Positions 9,984 through 18,496 of a stretch of DNA of 64,000 bases are shown in pieces (positions within the stretch are counted from its first letter, which is position 1; each line of letters starts with the position of its first letter). Made by a program: the position numbers and the translations under genes. The stretch lies in assembly GCA_001873065.1 (NCBI GenBank), contig MNYM01000002.1, forward strand, positions 6,781 through 70,780, read 5' to 3'. Below the pieces are notes generated by a model. The model was not told where the DNA came from and ran no database searches. It saw only the letters and a list, made by a program, of their open reading frames with translations. The stretch is from Flavobacteriaceae bacterium CG2_30_31_66. GTDB lineage: Bacteria > Bacteroidota > Bacteroidia > Flavobacteriales > Flavobacteriaceae.

Positions 9984-10925
9984 ATGTCTAACAAAATAAT
10001 AAAACTCTTTAACATAAATTATCCAATAATTCAAGGTGGAATGGTTTGGGTTTCTGGCTGGAAATTAGCATCAGCAGTTTCAAATGCAGGAGGTTTGGGT
10101 CTTATTGGTGCAGGTTCGATGTATCCTGAAGTGTTGAGAGAACATATCCGAAAATGCAAAGAAGCTACCACTAAACCTTTTGGTGTAAATGTGCCCATGT
10201 TGTATCCTGAAATTGAAAAAATTATGGATATCATTGTTGAAGAAAATGTAAAAATCGTTTTTACTTCTGCAGGAAATCCAAAAATTTGGACCTCTTTTTT
10301 GAAAGAAAAAGGAATTATTGTGGTTCATGTAGTGAGTTCTGTAAAATTTGCTTTAAAATCTCAAGAAGCTGGAGTTGATGCCATTGTTTGTGAAGGATTT
10401 GAAGCTGGGGGTCATAATGGACGCGAAGAAACGACCACTTTTACATTGATTCCAATGGTGAAAAAAGAAGTTTCTATTCCAGTAATTGCTGCTGGAGGAA
10501 TTGCTTCAGGTCGAGGAATGTTGGCTGCTATGGTTTTAGGTGCTGATGGCGTTCAGATAGGAAGTAGGTTTGCCGCTACTGCTGAATCTTCAGCGCATCA
10601 AAATTTTAAAAAAACAATTATTGATGTGAAAGATGGAGATACACATTTGACATTAAAAGAGTTAGCACCTGTTCGTTTGGTAAAAAATAAATTTTATTAT
10701 GAAATACAAGATTTATATCAACAAAATCCAACAGTTGAACAACTAAGTGAACTTTTAGGGAGAGCTCGTGCAAAAAAAGGAATTTTTGAAGGTGATTTAG
10801 AAAATGGTGAACTAGAAATTGGTCAAATAGCAGGATTTATTGATGAAATAAAACCCGCAAAAGTAGTTTTAGATGAAATTATGGCTGAATTTACTGGTGT
10901 TAAAGTGCTCATTCATAGTCTTTAA
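9984..10925 (+). CDS. FMN-dependent oxidoreductase, nitronate monooxygenase/FabK family
   Basis: PIIQGGM, EAGGH, IAAGGI, GADGVQIGSRF. Confidence 0.88.
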   Translation: MSNKIIKLFNINYPIIQGGMVWVSGWKLASAVSNAGGLGLIGAGSMYPEVLREHIRKCKEATTKPFGVNVPMLYPEIEKIMDIIVEENVKIVFTSAGNPKIWTSFLKEKGIIVVHVVSSVKFALKSQEAGVDAIVCEGFEAGGHNGREETTTFTLIPMVKKEVSIPVIAAGGIASGRGMLAAMVLGADGVQIGSRFAATAESSAHQNFKKTIIDVKDGDTHLTLKELAPVRLVKNKFYYEIQDLYQQNPTVEQLSELLGRARAKKGIFEGDLENGELEIGQIAGFIDEIKPAKVVLDEIMAEFTGVKVLIHSL

Positions 10926-10979
10926 AATATTTAATTAAAAGAAAATCAATTATTTAGGGTTTCATAAGTTTATTGAACG

Positions 10980-10987
10980 TATCTTTG
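10980..10987 (+). promoter_or_regulatory. -7 promoter element (TATCTTTG) for the cold-shock gene
   Basis: Exact TAnnTTTG about 53 nt upstream of the ATG. Confidence 0.65.
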
Positions 10988-11040
10988 AACCATAATAACG
11001 TTGTTACTAATTAATTTAACAACACAATAATTTTTTTAAA

Positions 11041-11232
11041 ATGAGTAAAGGTACCGTAAAATTTTTCAATGACTCTAAAGGATTTGGATTTATCACTGAA
11101 GAAGGATCAAACAAAGAACATTTTGTACATGCGTCAGGATTAGTTGACGAAATTCGTGAAAACGATGAAGTTGAATTCGACTTACAAGATGGAAGAAAAG
11201 GATTAAACGCAGTAAACGTAAGAGTATTATAA
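11041..11232 (+). CDS. Cold-shock protein (CSD)
   Basis: GTVKFFN, KGFGFI (RNP1) and HFVH (RNP2). Confidence 0.97.
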   Translation: MSKGTVKFFNDSKGFGFITEEGSNKEHFVHASGLVDEIRENDEVEFDLQDGRKGLNAVNVRVL

Positions 11233-11264
11233 TATATATTTTATTACTAGTTAACTTTTTATCT

Positions 11265-11295
11265 AAAAGCCTATCAAATTTTGATAGGCTTTTTT
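11265..11295. terminator. Bidirectional intrinsic terminator
   Basis: AAAAGCCTATCAA-att-TTGATAGGCTTTT between convergent genes. Confidence 0.85.
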
Positions 11296-11357
11296 AGTAA
11301 TATAAAAATCAAAAAATAATTGATAGTTGAAAAAAATAAATTTCAAAAAATAAATAT

Positions 11358-12260
11358 TTATTTTACTGGAATTTTAATTTCATATACTTTTCCAGTTTTA
11401 TTGATCAATTTTGTTTCTCTTAACCAAGCATTGTGAATTTTTAATTCCTTATAAGTAATTCCAAATTGTCTTGCAAAGGCTGCAATATCAGTAATTGTTG
11501 TATCTACTTTTACGATTGTTGTTTTTGGTAAAACATATAAATCTTCCTTTTCAAACACAAATCCATATTGTTCAGGATTGGTCAACACTTCTTTTAATGC
11601 GATGATTCTAAATACATAACGCTCTGTTTCATTTGGTAATAATACATCATAATAATTGGAAACTTTTTGATGTACTAATCTGCTAGAAACCCCATAATTG
11701 CCTGCATTATAAGCTGCAGCTGCTAGGGTCCAAGAACCTAATTTTTCTTTAGATTTTTTTAAATAAGTAGCAGCAACTTCTGTAGATTTTTCAATATTGT
11801 ATCTTTCATCAACATTATTATTGATTTCCAAACCATATTCAATTCCAGTTTCTTTCATAAAATGCCACATTCCTGCAGCTCCAGCACTTGATGTTTCATC
11901 AATAAAAGCACTTTCTGCAACTGCTAAAAATTTAAAATCATCCGGTAAACCATATTTTTTTAATAATGGTTCTAAAACAGGAAAATATTTATTAGCACGT
12001 TTTATTAATAATAAACCATTTGATTGCCAGTAAGTATTTACAAGCAATTCTCTGTCCATTCTTTCTCTAACATTTTGGTTTTCTAATGGAACTCTTTCAC
12101 CAGAGAAATTCAAGTTTTCAGGAAGCTTTAAAGATTGAATTTTATAATTTTCGTGAGTAATTGTTTTTAGATTTGTATCGGATTTTTGAATTGCATTCAC
12201 AAAAAGTAATGTGGTAAAAATGACAATAATGAAAGACAAAAAGCGAATTGATTTATCCAT
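11358..12260 (-). CDS. Lytic transglycosylase (SLT domain)
   Basis: AVAES catalytic Glu, AAGMWHF, AAYNAG, ETERYV. Confidence 0.9.
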   Translation of the reverse strand: MDKSIRFLSFIIVIFTTLLFVNAIQKSDTNLKTITHENYKIQSLKLPENLNFSGERVPLENQNVRERMDRELLVNTYWQSNGLLLIKRANKYFPVLEPLLKKYGLPDDFKFLAVAESAFIDETSSAGAAGMWHFMKETGIEYGLEINNNVDERYNIEKSTEVAATYLKKSKEKLGSWTLAAAAYNAGNYGVSSRLVHQKVSNYYDVLLPNETERYVFRIIALKEVLTNPEQYGFVFEKEDLYVLPKTTIVKVDTTITDIAAFARQFGITYKELKIHNAWLRETKLINKTGKVYEIKIPVK

Positions 12261-12305
12261 AGTAAATAAGATTATTTTCAGTAAAAATAACTAAAAACTA
12301 ACTCT

Positions 12306-12965
12306 TTAACAAGTTAAACTTTGATTGATAATTTCAGAAATAATTTTTGCTTTGTTCAATATCATTGCATGAGTACCACCCGGAATCTCAATGGCATTTT
12401 TGATGTGTTTAATAGGAAAAACGCTATCATCAGTTCCATGAATGTGGATTAAATTTTTTGAAGGCTCATTTTGTTTCCATTTTAAAACATTTTTAATAGA
12501 CCATTTTAAATACATTTCATCTCTTACAGACAAGTATTTTTTATAATCTCTTGCCTTTTTTTTAAGTGATTTGCCCATTAAAAATTTAGTATAATCTTCA
12601 AAATTTGTAAATAATTTAGTAGGAAAAAGAGCGTAAATTCCTGTAAAATCTGCAATTTTATATCTTATTGGAAGTTCATTTTTTGATTTCACACTTGATA
12701 TGATAATTATTTTTTTGCAATTTATAAACCTGCTCATTTCTTGAACAATCATTCCTCCAAATGAAACGCCTATCAAAACAGGATTTTCATGTTTAATTTC
12801 TTCATTCAAACGCATTGTATAGTTCGTGATGGTTTCATCTAAATCTAGTGGTTTTAACCACCTTAAAAAATGCAATTCGTAATTTTCTTTTGGCAAAGAC
12901 AGGTTTTCAAAAATTTCTGGCCCAGCTGCCATACCTGGCATTAAATAAATATGTGTTATTGACAT
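12306..12965 (-). CDS. Alpha/beta hydrolase
   Basis: GVSFGG nucleophile elbow, HGTDD, GGTH. Confidence 0.82.
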   Translation of the reverse strand: MSITHIYLMPGMAAGPEIFENLSLPKENYELHFLRWLKPLDLDETITNYTMRLNEEIKHENPVLIGVSFGGMIVQEMSRFINCKKIIIISSVKSKNELPIRYKIADFTGIYALFPTKLFTNFEDYTKFLMGKSLKKKARDYKKYLSVRDEMYLKWSIKNVLKWKQNEPSKNLIHIHGTDDSVFPIKHIKNAIEIPGGTHAMILNKAKIISEIINQSLTC

Positions 12966-12993
12966 TTTTAGATTTGAGAAATTTTATTAAAAA

Positions 12994-14328
12994 TCATAAA
13001 GAAGTGAATTCTTTTACATATTCAAATCTTACCAAACCATCATTGTCAATTTCGGTTAATATAATTGAATGTAAAGTATTTACCAATTCAGGATTCCAAG
13101 GTGTTTTTACTTTTACATAATTTTCTGTAAATCCATGAATGTAGCCTTCTTTATTTTCGTTTTCGAACAAAACAGTAAGTGTTTTACCAAGTTGTGATTC
13201 ATAAAAAGCGCGTCTTTTTTTGGCGGATAAACCACGCAACATTTTACTCCGTTTTGCTCTAATATTTTGAGGAACTACATTTCCCATTTCAGCTGCCTCA
13301 GTATTTGGTCTTTCAGAATACGTAAAAACATGCAAATATGAAATGTCTAAATCATTCAGATAATTGTAGGTTTCCAAAAAAAGTTCGTCAGTTTCACCCG
13401 GAAAACCAACAATCACATCCACACCAATACAAGCATTTGGCATTATTGATTTTATTTGCGAAACCTTATCAGTATACGTTTTTCGCAAATACCTACGTTT
13501 CATTTTTTTTAACAATTCATCACTTCCTGATTGCAATGGAATATGAAAATGAGGTACAAAAGAATTTGAATTTGCTACAAATGTGATGGTTTCATCTGTT
13601 AACAAATTTGGTTCTATGGATGAAATTCGCAAACGATGAATTCCGTCAATTTTATCTAACTCTTTGACAAGCTCAAAAAAAGTGTGTTCGTGTTTTTTAT
13701 TTCCAAATTCTCCTTTTCCATAATCGCCAATATTTACGCCTGTAAGTACAATTTCTTTGATGTCTTTTGACGCAATTTCTCTAGCGTTTTTAAGAACGTT
13801 TTCTAAAGTATCGCTTCTTGAAATCCCTCTTGCAAGTGGAATTGTACAGTAGGTACATTTATAATCACACCCGTCTTGAACTTTTAAGAAAGCACGCGTT
13901 CTGTCTCCAATAGAATACGAACCTACATAAAAATCAGCTTCTGATATTTCACAAGAATGCACTTCACCAATTTCATTTTTAGTTAAATCATTGATATAAC
14001 TTGTTACATTGAACTTTTCAGTAGCGCCCAAAACCAAATCAACGCCATCAACTGCTGCTAATTCCTCGGGTTTTAATTGCGCATAACAACCTACAGCAAT
14101 TAAAAAAGCATTGCTATTTTGTTTCAGCGCATTTTTTACAATCGATTTAAAACGCTTGTCAGCATTGTCTGTCACAGAACAAGTGTTGATTACATACACA
14201 TCCGCTTTTGATTCAAAATCTACTCTTACAAAACCTTCATTTTTGAAATTTCGAGCAATAGTTGAGGTTTCAGAGAAGTTTAATTTACAGCCTAAGGTAT
14301 AAAAAGCTACTTTTTTTTCTGCAATCAT
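12994..14328 (-). CDS. mtaB: tRNA N6-threonylcarbamoyladenosine methylthiotransferase MtaB
   Basis: UPF0004 TLGCKLNFSET and INTCSVT; radical SAM CDYKCTYC; C-terminal TRAM-like region. Confidence 0.92.
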   Translation of the reverse strand: MIAEKKVAFYTLGCKLNFSETSTIARNFKNEGFVRVDFESKADVYVINTCSVTDNADKRFKSIVKNALKQNSNAFLIAVGCYAQLKPEELAAVDGVDLVLGATEKFNVTSYINDLTKNEIGEVHSCEISEADFYVGSYSIGDRTRAFLKVQDGCDYKCTYCTIPLARGISRSDTLENVLKNAREIASKDIKEIVLTGVNIGDYGKGEFGNKKHEHTFFELVKELDKIDGIHRLRISSIEPNLLTDETITFVANSNSFVPHFHIPLQSGSDELLKKMKRRYLRKTYTDKVSQIKSIMPNACIGVDVIVGFPGETDELFLETYNYLNDLDISYLHVFTYSERPNTEAAEMGNVVPQNIRAKRSKMLRGLSAKKRRAFYESQLGKTLTVLFENENKEGYIHGFTENYVKVKTPWNPELVNTLHSIILTEIDNDGLVRFEYVKEFTSL

Positions 14329-14390
14329 TCATGTAAATTTATGGCTTACAAAAATACACTATAATTCAATAAATAGTAACGCATTAAAAT

Positions 14391-14714
14391 ATGAAAATTG
14401 TCACAAATTTGAAACCACTTTATTAAGCTGTAATTTTCACTACAATTGTTTCTAGTAATTTACGTGGATATCAGGAAACTGCTGAAAAAATGTTGGCTTT
14501 AGCAAAACTTCAGAAAGGATATTTCGGTTTAGAATCTGGTAGAAATGACATTGGAATTACAGTTTCATATTGGGAAACTTTAGAAGATATTGTTGCTTGG
14601 AAAAATAACGTAGAACATATAGAAGCTAGAAACTTAGGCAGAGAAAAATGGTTTAAAACTTACCAATTGAGAATTTGTAAAGTAGAGCTTGAATATGGTT
14701 TTAGCGTTCATTAA
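14391..14714 (+). pseudogene. Antibiotic biosynthesis monooxygenase (ABM)-family gene interrupted by a premature TAA
   Basis: ATG at 14391 is in frame with the 14490 ORF: MKIVTNLKPLY*AVIFTT...GYQETAEKMLALAK...GIT VSYWETLE; TAA at 14424-14426. Confidence 0.7.
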
Positions 14715-15856
14715 AAAACTTTTTCTTTGATTTTTGTAGCTAATTTTTTTCTTACGTTTGTTGGGAAAGGTCTGTCACCATGTAAAATATCAACCATAAT
14801 ATTATTGAAATGTTGCCCGTAATTATTTAAAATATAGTTTCTGATTGGATTGTTATTGTAAAAGAATTTTGAAAGCAACAACCCGGATTTTAATTCTGGA
14901 AGTAATCTAATTTTCAGTTTTTCTTCATAGTTTTTTTTGGCAAGTTCACAATTCAATTTGCTCTCAATCAAAGCTTCAGCCACATATTTACCACTTAAAA
15001 TAGCGTTTGAAATTCCTTCAGCGGTAATTGGTTCAGCAAATCCTGCAGCATCACCAATCAAGAAAACGTTATTTTTAACAAATCCATCCGTTCTTGGAGC
15101 AATTGGAATTTGAAATCCATGTGCATCTTCTTTGATCATATTTTGAAGACCAAGTATTTGCAAATATGTTTTGTAATAGTCTTTTAAATTAATTTTCCCT
15201 TTTTTTGTGGTTAATACACCTAAAGACAAATGATTTTTTTTAGGAAAACACCAGGCATATCCATAAGGAACTGCGTCAATATCAAAACGTACACTTTTTG
15301 ACAATCGTTCAAAATCTTCTTCAGAAACTGTCACTTCATATTCTAAAGCAGGAATTAATTTTCTAGTATCAGCTGTCCAACCGCACATTTTTGCTGTTGG
15401 ACTTAAAACGCCATCAGCTGCAATGATAAAATTTGCTGAAATTTCGCCTTTAGAAGTTTTTAAAATCGATGATTTTCCATTAAAACATACACTCATTAAT
15501 TTATGATTTTCCAATAATGTAACTCCAAATTCTTTGGCTTTTTCCACAATCAAATTGTCAAAAGCATCTCTCATAATCATGGTAATAATTGGCTGATCTT
15601 TGCTTGATTTGTAACAAGTATTTGGATTGTTGACAAAGTAACTATCCACTGTAAAAAACTCACGTTCAATAACTTCTGAAATATCAAAAGGCATATTTTT
15701 TCTACCTCTATGTACAAATCCTCCTCCACAAGTTTTGTATCTCGGCAAGGTTTCTTTTTCAATAATAACTGTTGGGATTCCCTGTTTTCCGAGATAAAAT
15801 GCAGTTGATGCGCCCGAAGGGCCACTTCCAATAATTGCTACCTCAAAATGTTTCAT
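14711..15856 (-). CDS. Geranylgeranyl reductase family FAD-dependent oxidoreductase
   Basis: IIGSGPSG, RYKTCGGG, GYAWCFPK, GDAAGFAEPITAEGI. Confidence 0.88.
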   Translation of the reverse strand: MKHFEVAIIGSGPSGASTAFYLGKQGIPTVIIEKETLPRYKTCGGGFVHRGRKNMPFDISEVIEREFFTVDSYFVNNPNTCYKSSKDQPIITMIMRDAFDNLIVEKAKEFGVTLLENHKLMSVCFNGKSSILKTSKGEISANFIIAADGVLSPTAKMCGWTADTRKLIPALEYEVTVSEEDFERLSKSVRFDIDAVPYGYAWCFPKKNHLSLGVLTTKKGKINLKDYYKTYLQILGLQNMIKEDAHGFQIPIAPRTDGFVKNNVFLIGDAAGFAEPITAEGISNAILSGKYVAEALIESKLNCELAKKNYEEKLKIRLLPELKSGLLLSKFFYNNNPIRNYILNNYGQHFNNIMVDILHGDRPFPTNVRKKLATKIKEKVF

Positions 15857-15887
15857 ACAATTTTTTGATTATTGATTGCGAATATAA

Positions 15888-16904
15888 TTATTCTAGCCAA
15901 TTTATGCTAGCAAGAATTGGAAAGTGGTCAGAATTTTTTTGATTGAATGAAGAAAATTTTTGAATTTCTGCAACTTTGTCAGTTAATATGTAATCTATTC
16001 TCATAGGAAATTGATAATCGTATGTTTTTCCAAATCCTTTTCCAGCTTCAATAAAGGCATCTTTTTTTCCTTTTGATATTTGAGTATAAACCCAAGAAAA
16101 GCTAGTATTATTAAAATCTCCTGCTATGATTTTTTTTCTTTTCCAATTTTTTTCGTGATCTAGGAAAACTATTGTTTGGCTAACTTGTTTAATGAATCCA
16201 TCTTCTAAAGTAGTAACTAATTTTTCAGAGTTTTCTTGACCAAAATTTTCTTTATCTGTTTTTAATTTTAATGATTGTAGGTGAATATTATAGACTCTAA
16301 TCGTATCATTTCCTCTTAAAACATCAACAAAAATAATGTTATTTGAGGTATTTTTTAAATCCAAAGAACCACTGTTGATAATGGGAAATTTAGAGAAAAT
16401 TGCCAAACCAATTTTGTTCTTTTTTGCTTTTGTTTTGATATAGTGATATTTATATTTAAAATCTTGATTTACAAGTGTATGATAATCTTGAAAAAGCAAA
16501 ATATCAGGTGATTTTTCTTGTATGAATTTGTTTATTTTTTCGGGAATTTTTTTATCTTTTTTCCATTCCCAAAGATTGAATAATCGAACATTGTAAGACA
16601 TTATAGAAATACTGTTTTCAGAAATGGTTTTTTTATCAAAAAATTTATAAATTGGTGGTAAAGTTAGCCATCCAATCAAAAGAATTATGGAAGATAATAA
16701 TAGATGTTTTTTTATTGAAAGTAACCAATATATTGCAAAAATAATATTCACAAATATCAAAAAAGGCACAAATAAACTTAAAACCGCTAGAATAGGGAAT
16801 TGCTCAGGAGAAATAAAAGGCAATAAATAGGATGCTAAAAGGAAGAATGCTAAAATGCTATTTATGAAGTAAATAATTTTGTTGATGATTGATAGTTTTT
16901 TCAA
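15888..16904 (-). CDS. Membrane-anchored endonuclease/exonuclease/phosphatase (EEP) family protein
   Basis: Three N-terminal hydrophobic segments; SYNV, AGDFN, IDYI, SDH motifs. Confidence 0.88.
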   Translation of the reverse strand: MKKLSIINKIIYFINSILAFFLLASYLLPFISPEQFPILAVLSLFVPFLIFVNIIFAIYWLLSIKKHLLLSSIILLIGWLTLPPIYKFFDKKTISENSISIMSYNVRLFNLWEWKKDKKIPEKINKFIQEKSPDILLFQDYHTLVNQDFKYKYHYIKTKAKKNKIGLAIFSKFPIINSGSLDLKNTSNNIIFVDVLRGNDTIRVYNIHLQSLKLKTDKENFGQENSEKLVTTLEDGFIKQVSQTIVFLDHEKNWKRKKIIAGDFNNTSFSWVYTQISKGKKDAFIEAGKGFGKTYDYQFPMRIDYILTDKVAEIQKFSSFNQKNSDHFPILASINWLE

Positions 16905-16910
16905 CTTTTT

Positions 16911-17762
16911 TTAGTTTTTTCCTTGTTTAAATAGAAATTCCTTTTCTTCTTTTGTTAGAGTATCGTAACCAGATTTGCTGATTTTATCTAAAATTGTGTC
17001 AATTTGTTTTTGTGTGAAATCGCTTTTTGTTGTTTCCCTTTTTTTATTTGTAGATTTATAAATTGTTTTTAAAGGTTTTTTTCTAGTTGAAAAAATAGCA
17101 ACTAAATTTTTAAAAATTACAATTTCTTTGTTGCTTACTTTGCTGACAAACAAAAATCCAAACAAGCTACCTCCCAAATGCGCAAAATGTCCACCAGCAT
17201 TTCCGCCAGCCAAACCAAAAACATCCAGACTAACCCAAATTGCAGCCAAATACCACAATTTTACAAAACCAATAAACCGTATTTTCAATTCGTAATTAGG
17301 CATATACGTTGCAATTCCAATAAATATCGCAGAAATTCCTGCAGAAGCGCCAATTAAAATAGAGGTTGTCCCTTCAAATAATGGAAAATAATTTTGACTA
17401 AAAAGGTAAAAAAGTCCCCCAAAAAAAGTTCCTAACAAATAAAAAGTTAGTAATTGTTTCGGAGCAAAATAGTCAATGAACAAATTTCCAATGAAATACA
17501 AAGCAATAAGATTGAATAAAATATGGATAAAACCTTGATGTAAAAATCCGTAGGTAACTATAGACCAAGGTTTTGTAAACAAACTACCAATTGTTGCATC
17601 TAAAGAAAACCATTGAACCAAAAAATTTGTATCGTTTTTATATAAATCTTGAAAAACACTGATTAATACAGTAAAAATGAAGATACATATATTTATGTAA
17701 ATCAATTTTTCTACAATTGTTCCACTTTGAAATCGGGATTTAAAATATTTGAAATTGCTCAT
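16911..17762 (-). CDS. Rhomboid intramembrane serine protease with C-terminal soluble domain
   Basis: HILFN, GASAG (catalytic Ser), HFAHLGG; C-terminal IDTILDKISKSGY. Confidence 0.9.
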   Translation of the reverse strand: MSNFKYFKSRFQSGTIVEKLIYINICIFIFTVLISVFQDLYKNDTNFLVQWFSLDATIGSLFTKPWSIVTYGFLHQGFIHILFNLIALYFIGNLFIDYFAPKQLLTFYLLGTFFGGLFYLFSQNYFPLFEGTTSILIGASAGISAIFIGIATYMPNYELKIRFIGFVKLWYLAAIWVSLDVFGLAGGNAGGHFAHLGGSLFGFLFVSKVSNKEIVIFKNLVAIFSTRKKPLKTIYKSTNKKRETTKSDFTQKQIDTILDKISKSGYDTLTKEEKEFLFKQGKN

Positions 17763-18493
17763 TAAATGGTTTTAAAATGATTTTTTTTCCAATAAAAAGC
17801 TAGTAAAAATCCAATAATTGCCCCTCCAATATGTGCAAAATGCGCAATATTTCCAACAGAATATTTAGTCATTCCAAAGAATAAATCTCCTAAAATCATT
17901 ATGGGAATAAAATATTTTGCTGCAATTGGTACAGGAAAGAAAATCAATGCTAATTTTGCGTCTTTGAAATACATGCCAAAAGCCACTAAAACACCATAAA
18001 CGGCTCCTGAAGCTCCAACTGCAGGTGCATTATAGAGTGAAAAAATCTTCTCAAATTGAAGTTGTGTAATAGCAGTGGTAACTCTGTAATCTGTTGTGCT
18101 TCCTGCTTTTAAAATTGAGATAATTTCATCATTTGTCAAACCAGCATTGATAAAAAGTTCATAAATCGAATTAAATTGGTAATAATTTACCAAAGTATAA
18201 ATCAGTCCAGCTCCAATTCCTGCTGAAAAGTAGAAAAAAATAAATTTATTTTTTCCCCACATTTGCTCTAGTGGCGTTCCAAAAGCCCACAATCCATACA
18301 TATTAAAAAGAATGTGTGCAAAACCTCCATGCATAAACATGTGAGTAACATATTGCCAAAACCCAAAATGTTCGTTTTTAGGAAAATGCAACGCCAAAAT
18401 ATTCGTAAAATCTGTTTGTAATAATTGTGGTGCAATAAATACAATCACATTTATTATGATAATATGTTTGATTGCGTCTGTAATTTGGTTCAT
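17762..18493 (-). CDS. Rhomboid intramembrane serine protease
   Basis: HMFMHG, GASGAVYG, AHFAHIGG. Confidence 0.92.
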   Translation of the reverse strand: MNQITDAIKHIIIINVIVFIAPQLLQTDFTNILALHFPKNEHFGFWQYVTHMFMHGGFAHILFNMYGLWAFGTPLEQMWGKNKFIFFYFSAGIGAGLIYTLVNYYQFNSIYELFINAGLTNDEIISILKAGSTTDYRVTTAITQLQFEKIFSLYNAPAVGASGAVYGVLVAFGMYFKDAKLALIFFPVPIAAKYFIPIMILGDLFFGMTKYSVGNIAHFAHIGGAIIGFLLAFYWKKNHFKTI

Positions 18494-18496
18494 TTT

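Noticed and set aside
14424-14426. Programmed recoding (Sec/Pyl/readthrough) of the ABM stop
   Set aside because: The codon is TAA, no SECIS/PYLIS-like hairpin follows, and a simple Tyr-to-stop change explains it.
15888-16904. EEP nuclease as the MutH substitute for the degenerate MutL
   Set aside because: The N-terminal TM segments suggest a membrane-anchored, probably periplasm-facing enzyme, which is inconsistent with chromosomal nicking.
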